64,000 nt of DNA from a virus: IMG/VR virus record IMGVR_UViG_3300027974_001900, positions 53,361-117,360 of that record. One strand, 5' to 3'. Shown in pieces: positions 1 to 10,808 of the stretch; within the stretch, counting starts at the first letter, position 1, and each line of letters opens with the position of its first letter. The position numbers and the translations under genes were made by a program. The notes beneath the pieces were generated by a model. That model made no database searches, was not told where the DNA came from, and saw only the letters and a program-made list of their open reading frames with translations.

Positions 1-587
1 AACCCATAATAACCATCTACATTAAAATATTTAAATAAAGTATTATAAAAGATATTTTCAACAACTTTATTTAAATCATTTGTGTTTGAAATAAAACTCT
101 CATCTAAAAAACTATATGTAAAAGAATTAAAAAAATCCCACCCATCGGATTCTGTAAGAGGAAATCCATTTTTTATAGAATCAAATCTTTTTTTAATTCC
201 AAATAATCTACCATCTACAAAATAATCAATAGGAACTTTCAACTCTTCAGTTTTTTTATTTATATTTTTTATCTGCGAAGTTTCATCAGAACAAACATAA
301 TTCATAAAAAAATAAGGCAAAATACTTTGATAATAAGTATTATTATTATTTCCTATGTTTTGTATAACATTATCAAAGTTTTGTTTAATATCTCCAACTT
401 TTTTAAATACTGGTATTTCTTGACCAAAAACAAAAATAGATGATTCTTTTTGTAAAATTGGCGTCATAAAGTCATCAATTTTTTTATAAGGATCATTTGT
501 ATAGTTGTTGGTTGTAAATGTATCAAAAACTTTTTTGTAGTTTCCGTACACTGTTGATCCTGAATAATTGATATTGTTAAACGCCAT
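1..587 (-). CDS. Hypothetical protein, truncated at window edge (MAFNNINYSGSTVYGNY...)
   Basis: ATG at 587-585, just after the stop of the 590..1816 ORF; the frame appears to stay open toward the window start; absent from the ORF track. Confidence 0.7.
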   Translation of the reverse strand, partial: MAFNNINYSGSTVYGNYKKVFDTFTTNNYTNDPYKKIDDFMTPILQKESSIFVFGQEIPVFKKVGDIKQNFDNVIQNIGNNNNTYYQSILPYFFMNYVCSDETSQIKNINKKTEELKVPIDYFVDGRLFGIKKRFDSIKNGFPLTESDGWDFFNSFTYSFLDESFISNTNDLNKVVENIFYNTLFKYFNVDGYYG

Positions 588-589
588 TT

Positions 590-1816
590 TTATGCCTCTA
601 ATACAAAATACTCATAAGCCACTTTATCAAAGTATTTTTTATTTTTTAAACTTATTCTGCAGAAAATAGAATTGAAATTAGTAACAGAATTAATATTTTC
701 TTGGGTTATTTGTTCCCATGTTTCATGCATAGAATTTGGATCTATTGAAACTAAATATTCTATTTTAAATTTTAAAACATGTTTAAAAAAGTAAGTTGGA
801 TATTCAAAAGAATCAATTAAGAAAGATCTATAATCATTATTTTCTTCTTCTGTTGTTGGCTTTATGATTCCATCATTTAAAATAAAAGATAGGAATAAAT
901 TAGCACTGTCTTTTGCTTCATCTGTTTTGAGACTGGTATTTTCTTTTTTAAACAATCCCTCTTCAGAAGAAGTGTTTGCATTTGCAGTATTTGCTCTAAC
1001 CAATTCTGGATCGACTACTTTTTTAGAGTTATCTTCATTTTTAACAAAAATACTCAATTGATTTAAAAATCTTTTATAATCATAATCACTTATAGAATTA
1101 ACAAGCTTTCCATAATATTCTGCTAATTTTTGTTTATCTGCATCAAAGATGTTTTGAATTTGTTTGTCTATTATTATTTTCTCAAATTTAGTATAGCCAT
1201 TGCTATCAAATAAAATTTGTTGTAATAATGATTTACTATCTCTTTCTGAGCTTGTGAATGCTGCTCTTTCTTTTACTTCGTCATAATTTCTAAAGTCTAT
1301 GTATCCCGTTGAAACGGTTTCTGTATGTCTTATCAATTCTGAATTATCATAGTTTACCAATGCTTCATCATAATTTGCAATCTCGTTGTATAATACTCTA
1401 AGATCTCTATCTATATCTATTTCAGTTCTAGCATTTATATTTTTTAATTTTTCATCTAAAAATCTATAATATCTAAACTTAAATGAATAGTTAAAAAGTA
1501 TTCTAGCAGGAAACTCTATAAGATTGTTTTTTAATTTTATTAGATATGTCGTAAATTGTTGATTATCTAAAATATTAATTTGTGATATTTCTGCAACGGA
1601 TTCGATTGGATAAGTTCTTAAATCAGATCCTTGCAATAAAATTTTCTTTGTTACAACTTTACTAAAAATATCTAACAGCTCTTGCTCTGTAAAGAGCTTA
1701 TATAATTCTGCTCTATCTTTCAGCATAAGATTTTCGTTGATAGAAAGAAAAATGTATAGATTATCATCTAAACTTCTAGATACATACATATTTGAAAGAT
1801 AGTTTTTAGAATTCAT
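590..1816 (-). CDS. Hypothetical protein (tail module)
   Basis: 408 aa ORF tightly packed with its neighbours; no motif recognised. Confidence 0.6.
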   Translation of the reverse strand: MNSKNYLSNMYVSRSLDDNLYIFLSINENLMLKDRAELYKLFTEQELLDIFSKVVTKKILLQGSDLRTYPIESVAEISQINILDNQQFTTYLIKLKNNLIEFPARILFNYSFKFRYYRFLDEKLKNINARTEIDIDRDLRVLYNEIANYDEALVNYDNSELIRHTETVSTGYIDFRNYDEVKERAAFTSSERDSKSLLQQILFDSNGYTKFEKIIIDKQIQNIFDADKQKLAEYYGKLVNSISDYDYKRFLNQLSIFVKNEDNSKKVVDPELVRANTANANTSSEEGLFKKENTSLKTDEAKDSANLFLSFILNDGIIKPTTEEENNDYRSFLIDSFEYPTYFFKHVLKFKIEYLVSIDPNSMHETWEQITQENINSVTNFNSIFCRISLKNKKYFDKVAYEYFVLEA

Positions 1817-1819
1817 GGT

Positions 1820-2647
1820 TTAGCAATTTGAAGGAGTTTCCTTTCCTCCTGGTCCGTAAATATCTGCTGTTTTCATCTTTTGTTCAAAGTCAGCATTATT
1901 ATCAAAAGAAATATTTAAATAATTTTCTATTGAATATTCGTTGTTTATTTCTTTATTAAATAGAAGTTGAACTAATTTTCCCTTATCTTTGCCGTCTGAC
2001 GCTTCTAAATAAACTTCGATAAAATAATTATCTGTTTCATTTTCTTCAAATGCATTTATTTCTTCAATTTCAGCTAGAAGCTCGTTGTCCTCTACTATAA
2101 ATGTTTTTATATATTTTTTACCATCTTTATCAACAAAATTTTTAACTTCAACTTTTTGATAATAAGATGTTATGTTTAATTGAGGTATTACTTCTTCTAG
2201 CCCTTCGTTTTCAATAATGTTCTCAAAAGTATTTGCAGTAATATATGTTGTATAATATTTTGGAGTTATCAAAGCACTGCCTGAAACATAGTTTTGAAAA
2301 TCCGGAGAATTAATAAACTTTATTTTCCATGCTGGAGCGTATTGATTACCAAGTATTTTATCACCAATTCTATTAGCTAGATTATGTTTTCTTATTACTT
2401 GTCCTGTTTTGCCATCTCTATAATAATCTTCTCCACTTGAATAATAAGAAGGAGCTTTTAAACGAGCAGAAGTTTTAATTCTTGAAGCTATCTCATTCTG
2501 GGGTTCTCCATTGTTGCTTTCATATTTTACATCAATGTCGTGGAAAGAATAGCTAGCTGGTGTAAACATTCCCTTTGCTAGCAACTCTCTTCCTTTTGGA
2601 GTTAAAACTAGATCAATGACTTCTTCATTTTGTTTAAAAAATTCCAT
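1820..2647 (-). CDS. Putative virion structural protein
   Basis: N-terminal 'VIDLVLTPKGRELLAKG' resembles the LT..GR..LA motif of phage tail/baseplate proteins; located in the structural block. Confidence 0.5.
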   Translation of the reverse strand: MEFFKQNEEVIDLVLTPKGRELLAKGMFTPASYSFHDIDVKYESNNGEPQNEIASRIKTSARLKAPSYYSSGEDYYRDGKTGQVIRKHNLANRIGDKILGNQYAPAWKIKFINSPDFQNYVSGSALITPKYYTTYITANTFENIIENEGLEEVIPQLNITSYYQKVEVKNFVDKDGKKYIKTFIVEDNELLAEIEEINAFEENETDNYFIEVYLEASDGKDKGKLVQLLFNKEINNEYSIENYLNISFDNNADFEQKMKTADIYGPGGKETPSNC

Positions 2648-2655
2648 GTTTTTTC

Positions 2656-5600
2656 CTACTTGTTAGTTTCAGAATCTTTTACAACATTACCTTGATTATC
2701 TAAATGAAATCCTTTAGCAACATTATTTGTCTTATCGTATTCTAGTTCAACTTCTACTTCACCACCAGCAATCAACTCTGCTTTAGAATAAGGCCAATTG
2801 TAAGCTAATTTATAACTATCATTAATTGGATCGTTCAAAGTTCTGTTGATAACATTTTTGTAATCAGTTTCTGCTCTATAGCTTACTTTAAATACTTTGA
2901 ATCTTAGATTCTTTGGCAATGTATTGCCAAATTTTACTAAATCATCATAAGAAAAAATATTGCTATTTTTTAGATCAAATTCAATTGTTTTATTATCCAT
3001 TTCCATAGTTTTTGCTATGTCTGGCATTATTCCTTGCCAAATTTTTATTAAATCACTTCTTGTTATAACTGATTTAAATTCTTCAAAGAAGAACAAAAAT
3101 GGAGCAGAAACTTTTCCATAATCTTGTAATTTTAATGGAATCTTAGAATTTCTTCTTATTCTCATAAAATCCATAAGAGGAGGCATAATGTATTTTTTGC
3201 TAAAATTATCCATTTTTATTAAATCTTGATCTTTGCCATAATTTTTTTCAAATTTATCTAAATTTAAATATAAAAGTTTTTCTTCAATTTCATTTTCAAG
3301 ATAAACTGGAACTATCACCAATGCCTCTTCAAATGTTTTTGATGTGGCAACTTCGCCAATTCTAATTCTTTCTTTCGGATTAAATCCAACTATGTCTAGC
3401 AAAGAGCCTGTTAATGTGTTTGAATTATCTGTTGCTTGAAAAAACAAACCCGTTGTATCATCAACATCAACACCTAACTGATGCCAAACTCCTCTTATTG
3501 CATCTCCAGGAGTTGTCCCACCTGAATCATAGCCAGAAGAATTGGTTAGTTTTGCCATTGTTCCGGAAAAATTTAAATTAGCAGTTGGATTTGTCCATTT
3601 AACATACGGAGTCCAAGTTTTATTAGTCTCTGAAAATCCAAAAATTTCTACACAATCTCCTAGATTTACTGCCTTATTAGCGACGGTAGATGATGTTACG
3701 AAAGAGCTTTCATAGGTTACTGTACTGTATCTCTTAATTTCATTAAAAGTAAATTGAGCACCTTTACCCGCGACAATCTGTACGCCAGCAGAAGCGGTAA
3801 TCAAAGAGGGCTTAAACGTAATTGTTGCTGCAGCATAAGAAGCATTTTTCCAAGAAGAAGAAGGAGCTAAGTTTAAATCAGAATTAAACGAAGAGCCAGT
3901 AATTGTTTGCAAAGTAGCATCCCCACTTGTTGTTATCCAAGGTGGATTGTGGAAAATATATGGTCTTGGTCCAAAATTTTCTAAAGAAGAATAGGTTGTA
4001 AAATTAGGAGTCTTATTTATTACAAGTCTCATAGAGTAATCTTTTGTTAAATCTGAGAAATACCAAAACTGTTCTGGGGTAGAACTTAACGATGGTAGTT
4101 TTTCATCTTTTATAAAAAATTCAACTATTTCTGAATAAAGATTATTAGCTAGCTCTTTATAAGCAGAATCTTTTTGGAAACCTTTTTGTAATGTTGCAGA
4201 AGCACTATTAGCAAATTGTATATCCGGATCTGCATCATAGATCTTTACATCTGCAAATTTACTTGGATCTAATGCTGCCTCAAATGGAATTTTTGTATAA
4301 TAATTTCCATTTAAATTACCTGTTATTGCATTTGCACCTGTTGTACTTAAATCTGTCGTAACAACATTAAACGGCATTGCAATACCAGATTTTATTGAAT
4401 TAAAAGTAATTCCAGGATAAAACAATGGTTGTAACGCTGGTTTAACCCAATAGTATGTTCCGCTATAAGATCCGGAAAATATAAAAGCCCCAGTGGCTGC
4501 ATCAGTTATTGATACACCATTTTTAATAAAATATTTATAAAAATTCTTTGGTAAAACTTTGCTTAATTGTTCTGACGGGTAAAATTCTGATAATGGTACA
4601 AATTTTTTAACAGTATTTAAATTAAATTTAATTTTAGAAATTTTTAAATCTTCATTTTTATTAAAATCAGGCAATACGTCTATAAAATCTGTATAGTTAC
4701 GTCGGTCTGCGTAAAATTGACTTAAAGTTATTTGGCCAGTAGAATAATCGATATTAAAGCCTAATGGATCATATTCTGTTGATAATGAAACAATTAAATT
4801 ATAAGAATCTATATATTCATAATTAACTGGTGGAGTTGTTCCTTCATTATAATAATTTCCTAACACAACTGTTGGATTATAAGAAGAAAAAACGGCATAA
4901 TTTTTAAAATTATATTTTACGTCATAAGCTACAGTTTTGTAGCTATCATAATAAGGTACACTAACAGAATCCTGTATAGTGTTTTGTGGTCTATTGGTAT
5001 TAAAATTTCTTCCAAATAAACATGTCCCAAGCATTTCGGTGCCATAAGGGGGAAATAAATAAGAACCAGTGAAATTAATGCCAGCATAACTATTTGAAAT
5101 AAATGTTGGATTGTCTAAATGCATCAAAACACCAGATTTTTCTATAAATACAGTTCCGCTTTGATAAGTATAAGTATCCATAGGCCAAACGCTAGCATAC
5201 TCTTTGCCACTTGCTGGATAGTTAAGTTGCCCTGCAGAACTATCCTTTCCTGGATCCCAACCAAAAATTTGTGTTGACGCTCTTGAGCGATTATTAAAAT
5301 TACTATTCCACGTATATAAAACACTTAGCAAACTTCTTCCTGTTGCTATGTTTCTATAAGAATTCTCTGTTTTTGGCCAAAGTTTTTCTTTATAATAAAT
5401 TTTATTTATTTTTGAATTTGTTATGTTGTTTTGAATTTTTTCTTTATCAACTTCTAATAACTTATAAAACAAAGAACCGCTCTTATCTGCGTATCTTATG
5501 TTTCTTTCATCTTTATAAAGAGTATCTAATCTATCTAAAGAAATGTTGTAAAAATCTCCTAAATAAGAATAATTTGATGCAAATGGTAAAGAAATGTTTT

Positions 5601-7431
5601 CTTTATTACCATCACTTAAATTGTATTCTACAACTATATTTCTGTATTTAGAATTAATAGGAGATTGTTGATAATAAACAAATTGTTTTTTATCATCAAT
5701 GTTTCCCACATAATTTGATTTTATAATTTCGAAATCAGCACCAGAATAACCAATCCCAGAAACTACTGAACTTACTTGTTTTCTTGTTTTTAATCTAATT
5801 GGGTTGTAATAATTTGAAAGCTGTCTTTGTGTGCCAAACCCCATAAGCTTATTTCTAGAAATCAAATAAGTATTTAATGAAGTTGCACTACTGGCTGTAA
5901 ATGTGGTTGAATAAGCAGAAAAACTCGAACTTTTAACCATTTCATCTTGTGTTGTGTTAAATCCATAAGTTTCAAAATAGACGCTTCTATCTAAGGACTT
6001 ACTTAAGAATGTTATCCCAGGATTTGAATAATCTTTTACAAAAACATTGTTATCAAACGACCCAGTTCCAAATCTTGAATTTATCCAACTGTACCCTCTA
6101 GGAGAAGCCGGTATTTCTCTTCTTATAAAAGCATTGTCGTATTTTTTAACAATACCACCAGAAGATGTAATATTATAGTTTGTATTTCTTTGAATTCCGT
6201 GGAATGAAGCTGTCAAGCCATAACCAGCGGTTGTATAATTTCCGTACTCAGCATGATCAACTAAAAATTTCTTATTTAGGTAATAACGAGCAGAAGGATT
6301 TCTATAGTTAACTGTATTATACGGAGAAAATTGTCTTGATGTTGGATCTAGATTTTGCGCTGCTCTTGTCTCTGGACCGCCTGGCGCTCCGAAAGTTTGA
6401 GCAATAATCATTTCACTATTTGTACCGTCACCAAGAGTAAAATCTTGTACTTGAAAATCTTGAGCGCCGGAAATGAACGGGCTATCAATAAGAGGGAAAC
6501 TTGCAGTTGGATAAGATCTAAACCAGAGATTGTTTTCATTTCTATTTGTCGCCTGAAACACTTCATAATTTTTTGAGTAATTTCCGGCAATTCTTGGATC
6601 AGTTGTCTTAATTCTTTTTGTGCTTACAACTCTTCTAGCTCCACCTTCTCTAGAAAAACGAACTGCTAGTTTATTATAATTTGGAGTGGAGCCAAGAGGA
6701 CTTGTAAAACTTATTGAAGTCCCAGAAGCAGAAATAGAGAACATTTCTGGTCTATTAAACTGATTATCACTGCCAGTATTTATGGCAACATGTCTATGCG
6801 CATATCCACCAACATGTTGAGTAGTAAACGGACCTTGTAATGTAGATTTTATATCTCCTTCATTATGTATTTTAGTTATGTCATAAGCCTTTGTAACACC
6901 AGAACTTGATAACACACTTCTATAACCATTAAAGTCAGATGGAGCAATTATTGTCACGGGCATGTAGGAATTTTTTAATCCAACATTAGATCCATAAACT
7001 TTTATATTTCTTATGTACATTCCTGTTTTTGCAACCAAGTCTGCACTTTGCTGTTCTGTAAACGTTATTACTTGAGTTGGATCTCTTTGCAATAATTCAT
7101 TAACATAACCATATATCTTTTGCTCATCAGTATTGTATCCTTGAGTATACGAAAAACTTGTTAAAGACTCTTTTAGTTTAACAACATTAACTTGGTCTTT
7201 ATTATAATCTGTATACACAGAATCATGAACTTGTGTTCTTGTTTCTGTATTAGTTCCACTAGTAAATAAATTAGTATCGTTTCTGTTGGCATAATATTTG
7301 TAAAAAGTATCTAAAGGATTAGTTTCTGAAGTGTAAAGATAAGAGCGGGATTTAAAGGCATCGCCTTTTATCTTTTCTTCGTCCTGAGAAACTACATTAT
7401 ATTTTATTTTGTTTCTTGTGCTTTGGCTCAT
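2656..7431 (-). CDS. Large virion structural protein (baseplate/tail-associated)
   Basis: 1591 aa, S/T/G/Y/N-rich with many TGS/SGS motifs; downstream of the baseplate wedge genes. Confidence 0.55.
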   Translation of the reverse strand: MSQSTRNKIKYNVVSQDEEKIKGDAFKSRSYLYTSETNPLDTFYKYYANRNDTNLFTSGTNTETRTQVHDSVYTDYNKDQVNVVKLKESLTSFSYTQGYNTDEQKIYGYVNELLQRDPTQVITFTEQQSADLVAKTGMYIRNIKVYGSNVGLKNSYMPVTIIAPSDFNGYRSVLSSSGVTKAYDITKIHNEGDIKSTLQGPFTTQHVGGYAHRHVAINTGSDNQFNRPEMFSISASGTSISFTSPLGSTPNYNKLAVRFSREGGARRVVSTKRIKTTDPRIAGNYSKNYEVFQATNRNENNLWFRSYPTASFPLIDSPFISGAQDFQVQDFTLGDGTNSEMIIAQTFGAPGGPETRAAQNLDPTSRQFSPYNTVNYRNPSARYYLNKKFLVDHAEYGNYTTAGYGLTASFHGIQRNTNYNITSSGGIVKKYDNAFIRREIPASPRGYSWINSRFGTGSFDNNVFVKDYSNPGITFLSKSLDRSVYFETYGFNTTQDEMVKSSSFSAYSTTFTASSATSLNTYLISRNKLMGFGTQRQLSNYYNPIRLKTRKQVSSVVSGIGYSGADFEIIKSNYVGNIDDKKQFVYYQQSPINSKYRNIVVEYNLSDGNKENISLPFASNYSYLGDFYNISLDRLDTLYKDERNIRYADKSGSLFYKLLEVDKEKIQNNITNSKINKIYYKEKLWPKTENSYRNIATGRSLLSVLYTWNSNFNNRSRASTQIFGWDPGKDSSAGQLNYPASGKEYASVWPMDTYTYQSGTVFIEKSGVLMHLDNPTFISNSYAGINFTGSYLFPPYGTEMLGTCLFGRNFNTNRPQNTIQDSVSVPYYDSYKTVAYDVKYNFKNYAVFSSYNPTVVLGNYYNEGTTPPVNYEYIDSYNLIVSLSTEYDPLGFNIDYSTGQITLSQFYADRRNYTDFIDVLPDFNKNEDLKISKIKFNLNTVKKFVPLSEFYPSEQLSKVLPKNFYKYFIKNGVSITDAATGAFIFSGSYSGTYYWVKPALQPLFYPGITFNSIKSGIAMPFNVVTTDLSTTGANAITGNLNGNYYTKIPFEAALDPSKFADVKIYDADPDIQFANSASATLQKGFQKDSAYKELANNLYSEIVEFFIKDEKLPSLSSTPEQFWYFSDLTKDYSMRLVINKTPNFTTYSSLENFGPRPYIFHNPPWITTSGDATLQTITGSSFNSDLNLAPSSSWKNASYAAATITFKPSLITASAGVQIVAGKGAQFTFNEIKRYSTVTYESSFVTSSTVANKAVNLGDCVEIFGFSETNKTWTPYVKWTNPTANLNFSGTMAKLTNSSGYDSGGTTPGDAIRGVWHQLGVDVDDTTGLFFQATDNSNTLTGSLLDIVGFNPKERIRIGEVATSKTFEEALVIVPVYLENEIEEKLLYLNLDKFEKNYGKDQDLIKMDNFSKKYIMPPLMDFMRIRRNSKIPLKLQDYGKVSAPFLFFFEEFKSVITRSDLIKIWQGIMPDIAKTMEMDNKTIEFDLKNSNIFSYDDLVKFGNTLPKNLRFKVFKVSYRAETDYKNVINRTLNDPINDSYKLAYNWPYSKAELIAGGEVEVELEYDKTNNVAKGFHLDNQGNVVKDSETNK

Positions 7432-7442
7432 ACTTCACTCTC

Positions 7443-10400
7443 TTAAGATTTAATTAAAGAACCTATTGGTTTTATGCCTTCTTTACCCGTCGCTCCATTA
7501 TTTATATCTGCCTTGCCAACATATAAATATTGATCCCCAGCATTATTTTTTGCATCTTTCACATAATAAATAAATGATTTTGGATAAATTTGTTTCTTTA
7601 CTTTATTTCTTTGTAAAATTGTATTTTCAATAATTGTTCTTGCTTTTTCTGAAACATTTGCAGATGCTGGTATTAAATTTCCTAAAATTCCATCTAATGC
7701 ATCGTCAATCCATTTGTACACTTCAACGTATCTTTCTAAATCTATCGTATTTTGTATTTTTTCAAAAAAGATTCTTCTAAAAAAGTCTAAATCTTTATAC
7801 TCAAATCTATACTCCGCTAACGGATCGGCAATAAGATTATTAAATTCTACTATTGATCCAAAGAAATTTAACATGTTTTTAGAAATAATGTCATACATGC
7901 TTGTTTCAATTGCAAAGAAAAACTTTTCTGGTCTATCTTGTTTTGTATAATAATCATCATTACTTTCTAAAATGTTAACCAAATTACTTGAAAGTATATT
8001 TTCTGGGTCTTGTTGTTCTTGTCCATAAATCATTTCTTTTGATTTAATTGTGACTGATGGTTCAAATCCATACCCTGCGGCTGTATAAACTTTTGATTTA
8101 AAATTCGACAAGTAGCCAGTTGCGTATGGTGCAGAAACAGAACCAGAAGTTAAGTCATTTATGTAAAAAACATTACCAGATGCATCACTAGAAGTTATAG
8201 TAGAATAATCCCAGTGAAGTATAAGTGTTTCTGCTTTTGGTATGTAAGTACTATTACCTATCAAAGCATTCTGACTAACGTTCTTTCTACCAACATTATT
8301 TGCATTTTTTGAATGCTCTTTTAGTTCATAAGAACTTAACTGATCCATCCAAACCATAGTTGATGCAATTCTATGGTTACTAGAATAATTTATCGTTCCT
8401 GTTGTATTTGTTCTTTCTGCTCCAACATAAACTCTCTTATTAGAAGAGAAAAAAGCAGAAGCACTTGCTTGACTTAGGGAAGAAGTTAGTTCAAAACTGT
8501 TAAAAGTATCATCATTGATGTAAGAGTACCCAGAAAACTTAACGATGAATCCAGGATTTGTTAAAACTTTTTCTTGGTAAACCTGAAACGAGATATTCCA
8601 AAGATTATTGTTGTAAAATTCATCAAAATAACTTGATGTTAGATCTATACCATGTTTAGCAGAGTAAAGCTGGAAATAAGCTTTATCATCTCTTTCACAA
8701 TATCTAACGCTAAAGGATGCGCTATCTTGTGCAACATTTGTCACAGAAGAGGATGTATCACTTGCGCCTCTTGTTCCAAACAAAGAATAGGTTTTTAAAT
8801 TACTTTTCTCTGCTGCTGTTTCATAAATGTTTATTGGTTTTGATGGAAAATAAAAATTACTTTCAAAACAAATAGCACCAGTAATGTTACCAGATGATGT
8901 TATACAAGAGGTTGTATTTGAATCGGAGCTGTTATAATAAGAGTAAATTACAGAATTAGAATTCTGATTATATCTATAATTTGTTTGATCTAATACGTCT
9001 TTCTTAATCGATCGATTTACATAAGAACTTGTTAGTTGATAATTTGTTTTATTAGAATAAATGTTAAGTTTGTATAGATCATCATCTGCGCCAAAACATT
9101 TAATTAAGTTTCTAAAAGACTTCTCAGTTCCTTTAGATTTATAAATAACATCTAAATTGTTATAGATATTCTTGTAAACAATGTTTTTTAAATCATTAAT
9201 TAAAACTGTATATTCTTTTTGATTATTTTGGGATACTACAGAAGATAGCTCGTCAAGACTTATAAACAAATTTGGAGTTTCAAAGCCCGCAGATGATAAC
9301 AATAAATCATTAAATGGAGCTTCACTTCCGCTGTATTGTAAATAATCTTTGTTCTTTATATCTTTTGATTTATCAATCTGTAAATAAAGGGTATCTAAAT
9401 AACTGGAGATTACTTGTGTAAAATTTAGTAATGTTTCTCCATTTTGTAAATCATCATCAACTATCCAAGATGGTAATAAATTTTTTAAACTAAAATTATT
9501 TGTATAATCATGAGAATCAGCTAAATACAATTTTTCTGTCAAAAAAGACTGGACGCTGGGATTATCGTAATAAGTTATTGGAGAGCCAACTTCTATATTT
9601 TGCGTAGCTGTACTTATTGCTGATCCTGTATTGCGGCTAGTAGTAGAATAGCCAGTAAACGTTCCATTACATAAATGTCCAGAATAATCTAATACAACTG
9701 AATCTGTTGAATTCGCTCCTACTATACCTTCGTTAAATTTAAAATAAACACCTAAATTTATATTAGCATCATCAGTATTTGCCCCGCCGCCAACATTCTT
9801 AAAATAATTTAAACCTATTTGTTGGGCGTCTCTTTTTGTGTTCCAGAATCTAAATTCGTCAACAGATCCAGATAATTTTCCATAACCAGTTAAATCAGTT
9901 GAAGAGTTGTATTTGCCACCAAGAGCACCAATATAACCAAGGCAAGATCCTGTAATATTTACAATCGTCGCTGATTGAGTGCTCGTTGTTTTATAGGCTC
10001 CATCTAGATAAAAATCTATGCTATAACCATTAGAAGAAGTGCCATATACAAAAGCATAATGATGCCAATTTGAATCAGCTATGGTTGTAAGACCAGTATT
10101 AAATCCTATAGAAAACTGTGATGTTGAAGTACCAGAATAAAATTCTGTATATATCGAAGATGTGTTTGAAGAACCACCAGATACATAAATTGCCACTCTT
10201 TTATCTGAGTCGCTTGTTCTAGTGTAAAAGATACACTCTTTATTGGTCTGTGAGGACGTGTTTGTAAAAGAATTCTTCTTCAGCCAAAATTCAATAGTAC
10301 TACCAGATGTAAAAATAAATCTAGTATTTTCTCTTCTTAAATTTGTTGGATCATAAATATTACTTTTTGTTTGATTAAAAAAACTAATATATTCTGGTGC

Positions 10401-10808
10401 GCTTGATGAACCAAAACCGTTGTTTAGGTTACTTGCTCCTGCCCATGTTCTACCAAATTCAACATAACCTGTTGATCTTGGATACTCAAAACTATAAATA
10501 TATCTTTCTAGTGGGTTTAAATCATTTTCAAACTTTAACTGTTCATATTTTGAACCGTCATAAGGAAAATAGTCTGTAATTCTTCCAACTATATTTTCAT
10601 AATATTTTCTAGCCAATCCAAATTTTGCAAAGTTTTTTGGATCACTATAATCAACATCTAATAAATGATTTTGGTTTTTCTTATCAAATTCTTTAACATA
10701 ATTATCAGATTCCAATAAATCCGAAAAATCATTAATGTTTTTTTGCACCAATGGTTTTGTTGGAGTTTCTTGAGATTTATTTTTGCTAAAGAAGTCTTTT
10801 AAGCTCAT
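7443..10808 (-). CDS. Baseplate-associated protein with LamG/concanavalin-A-like domain(s)
   Basis: 'TIEFWLKK', 'WHHYAFVY', 'FYLDG' and 'SGSVDEFRFWN' are LamG_3-type motifs; 'KSKGTEKS...FG' resembles baseplate wedge/tail-P2-I-like segments. Confidence 0.65.
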   Translation of the reverse strand: MSLKDFFSKNKSQETPTKPLVQKNINDFSDLLESDNYVKEFDKKNQNHLLDVDYSDPKNFAKFGLARKYYENIVGRITDYFPYDGSKYEQLKFENDLNPLERYIYSFEYPRSTGYVEFGRTWAGASNLNNGFGSSSAPEYISFFNQTKSNIYDPTNLRRENTRFIFTSGSTIEFWLKKNSFTNTSSQTNKECIFYTRTSDSDKRVAIYVSGGSSNTSSIYTEFYSGTSTSQFSIGFNTGLTTIADSNWHHYAFVYGTSSNGYSIDFYLDGAYKTTSTQSATIVNITGSCLGYIGALGGKYNSSTDLTGYGKLSGSVDEFRFWNTKRDAQQIGLNYFKNVGGGANTDDANINLGVYFKFNEGIVGANSTDSVVLDYSGHLCNGTFTGYSTTSRNTGSAISTATQNIEVGSPITYYDNPSVQSFLTEKLYLADSHDYTNNFSLKNLLPSWIVDDDLQNGETLLNFTQVISSYLDTLYLQIDKSKDIKNKDYLQYSGSEAPFNDLLLSSAGFETPNLFISLDELSSVVSQNNQKEYTVLINDLKNIVYKNIYNNLDVIYKSKGTEKSFRNLIKCFGADDDLYKLNIYSNKTNYQLTSSYVNRSIKKDVLDQTNYRYNQNSNSVIYSYYNSSDSNTTSCITSSGNITGAICFESNFYFPSKPINIYETAAEKSNLKTYSLFGTRGASDTSSSVTNVAQDSASFSVRYCERDDKAYFQLYSAKHGIDLTSSYFDEFYNNNLWNISFQVYQEKVLTNPGFIVKFSGYSYINDDTFNSFELTSSLSQASASAFFSSNKRVYVGAERTNTTGTINYSSNHRIASTMVWMDQLSSYELKEHSKNANNVGRKNVSQNALIGNSTYIPKAETLILHWDYSTITSSDASGNVFYINDLTSGSVSAPYATGYLSNFKSKVYTAAGYGFEPSVTIKSKEMIYGQEQQDPENILSSNLVNILESNDDYYTKQDRPEKFFFAIETSMYDIISKNMLNFFGSIVEFNNLIADPLAEYRFEYKDLDFFRRIFFEKIQNTIDLERYVEVYKWIDDALDGILGNLIPASANVSEKARTIIENTILQRNKVKKQIYPKSFIYYVKDAKNNAGDQYLYVGKADINNGATGKEGIKPIGSLIKS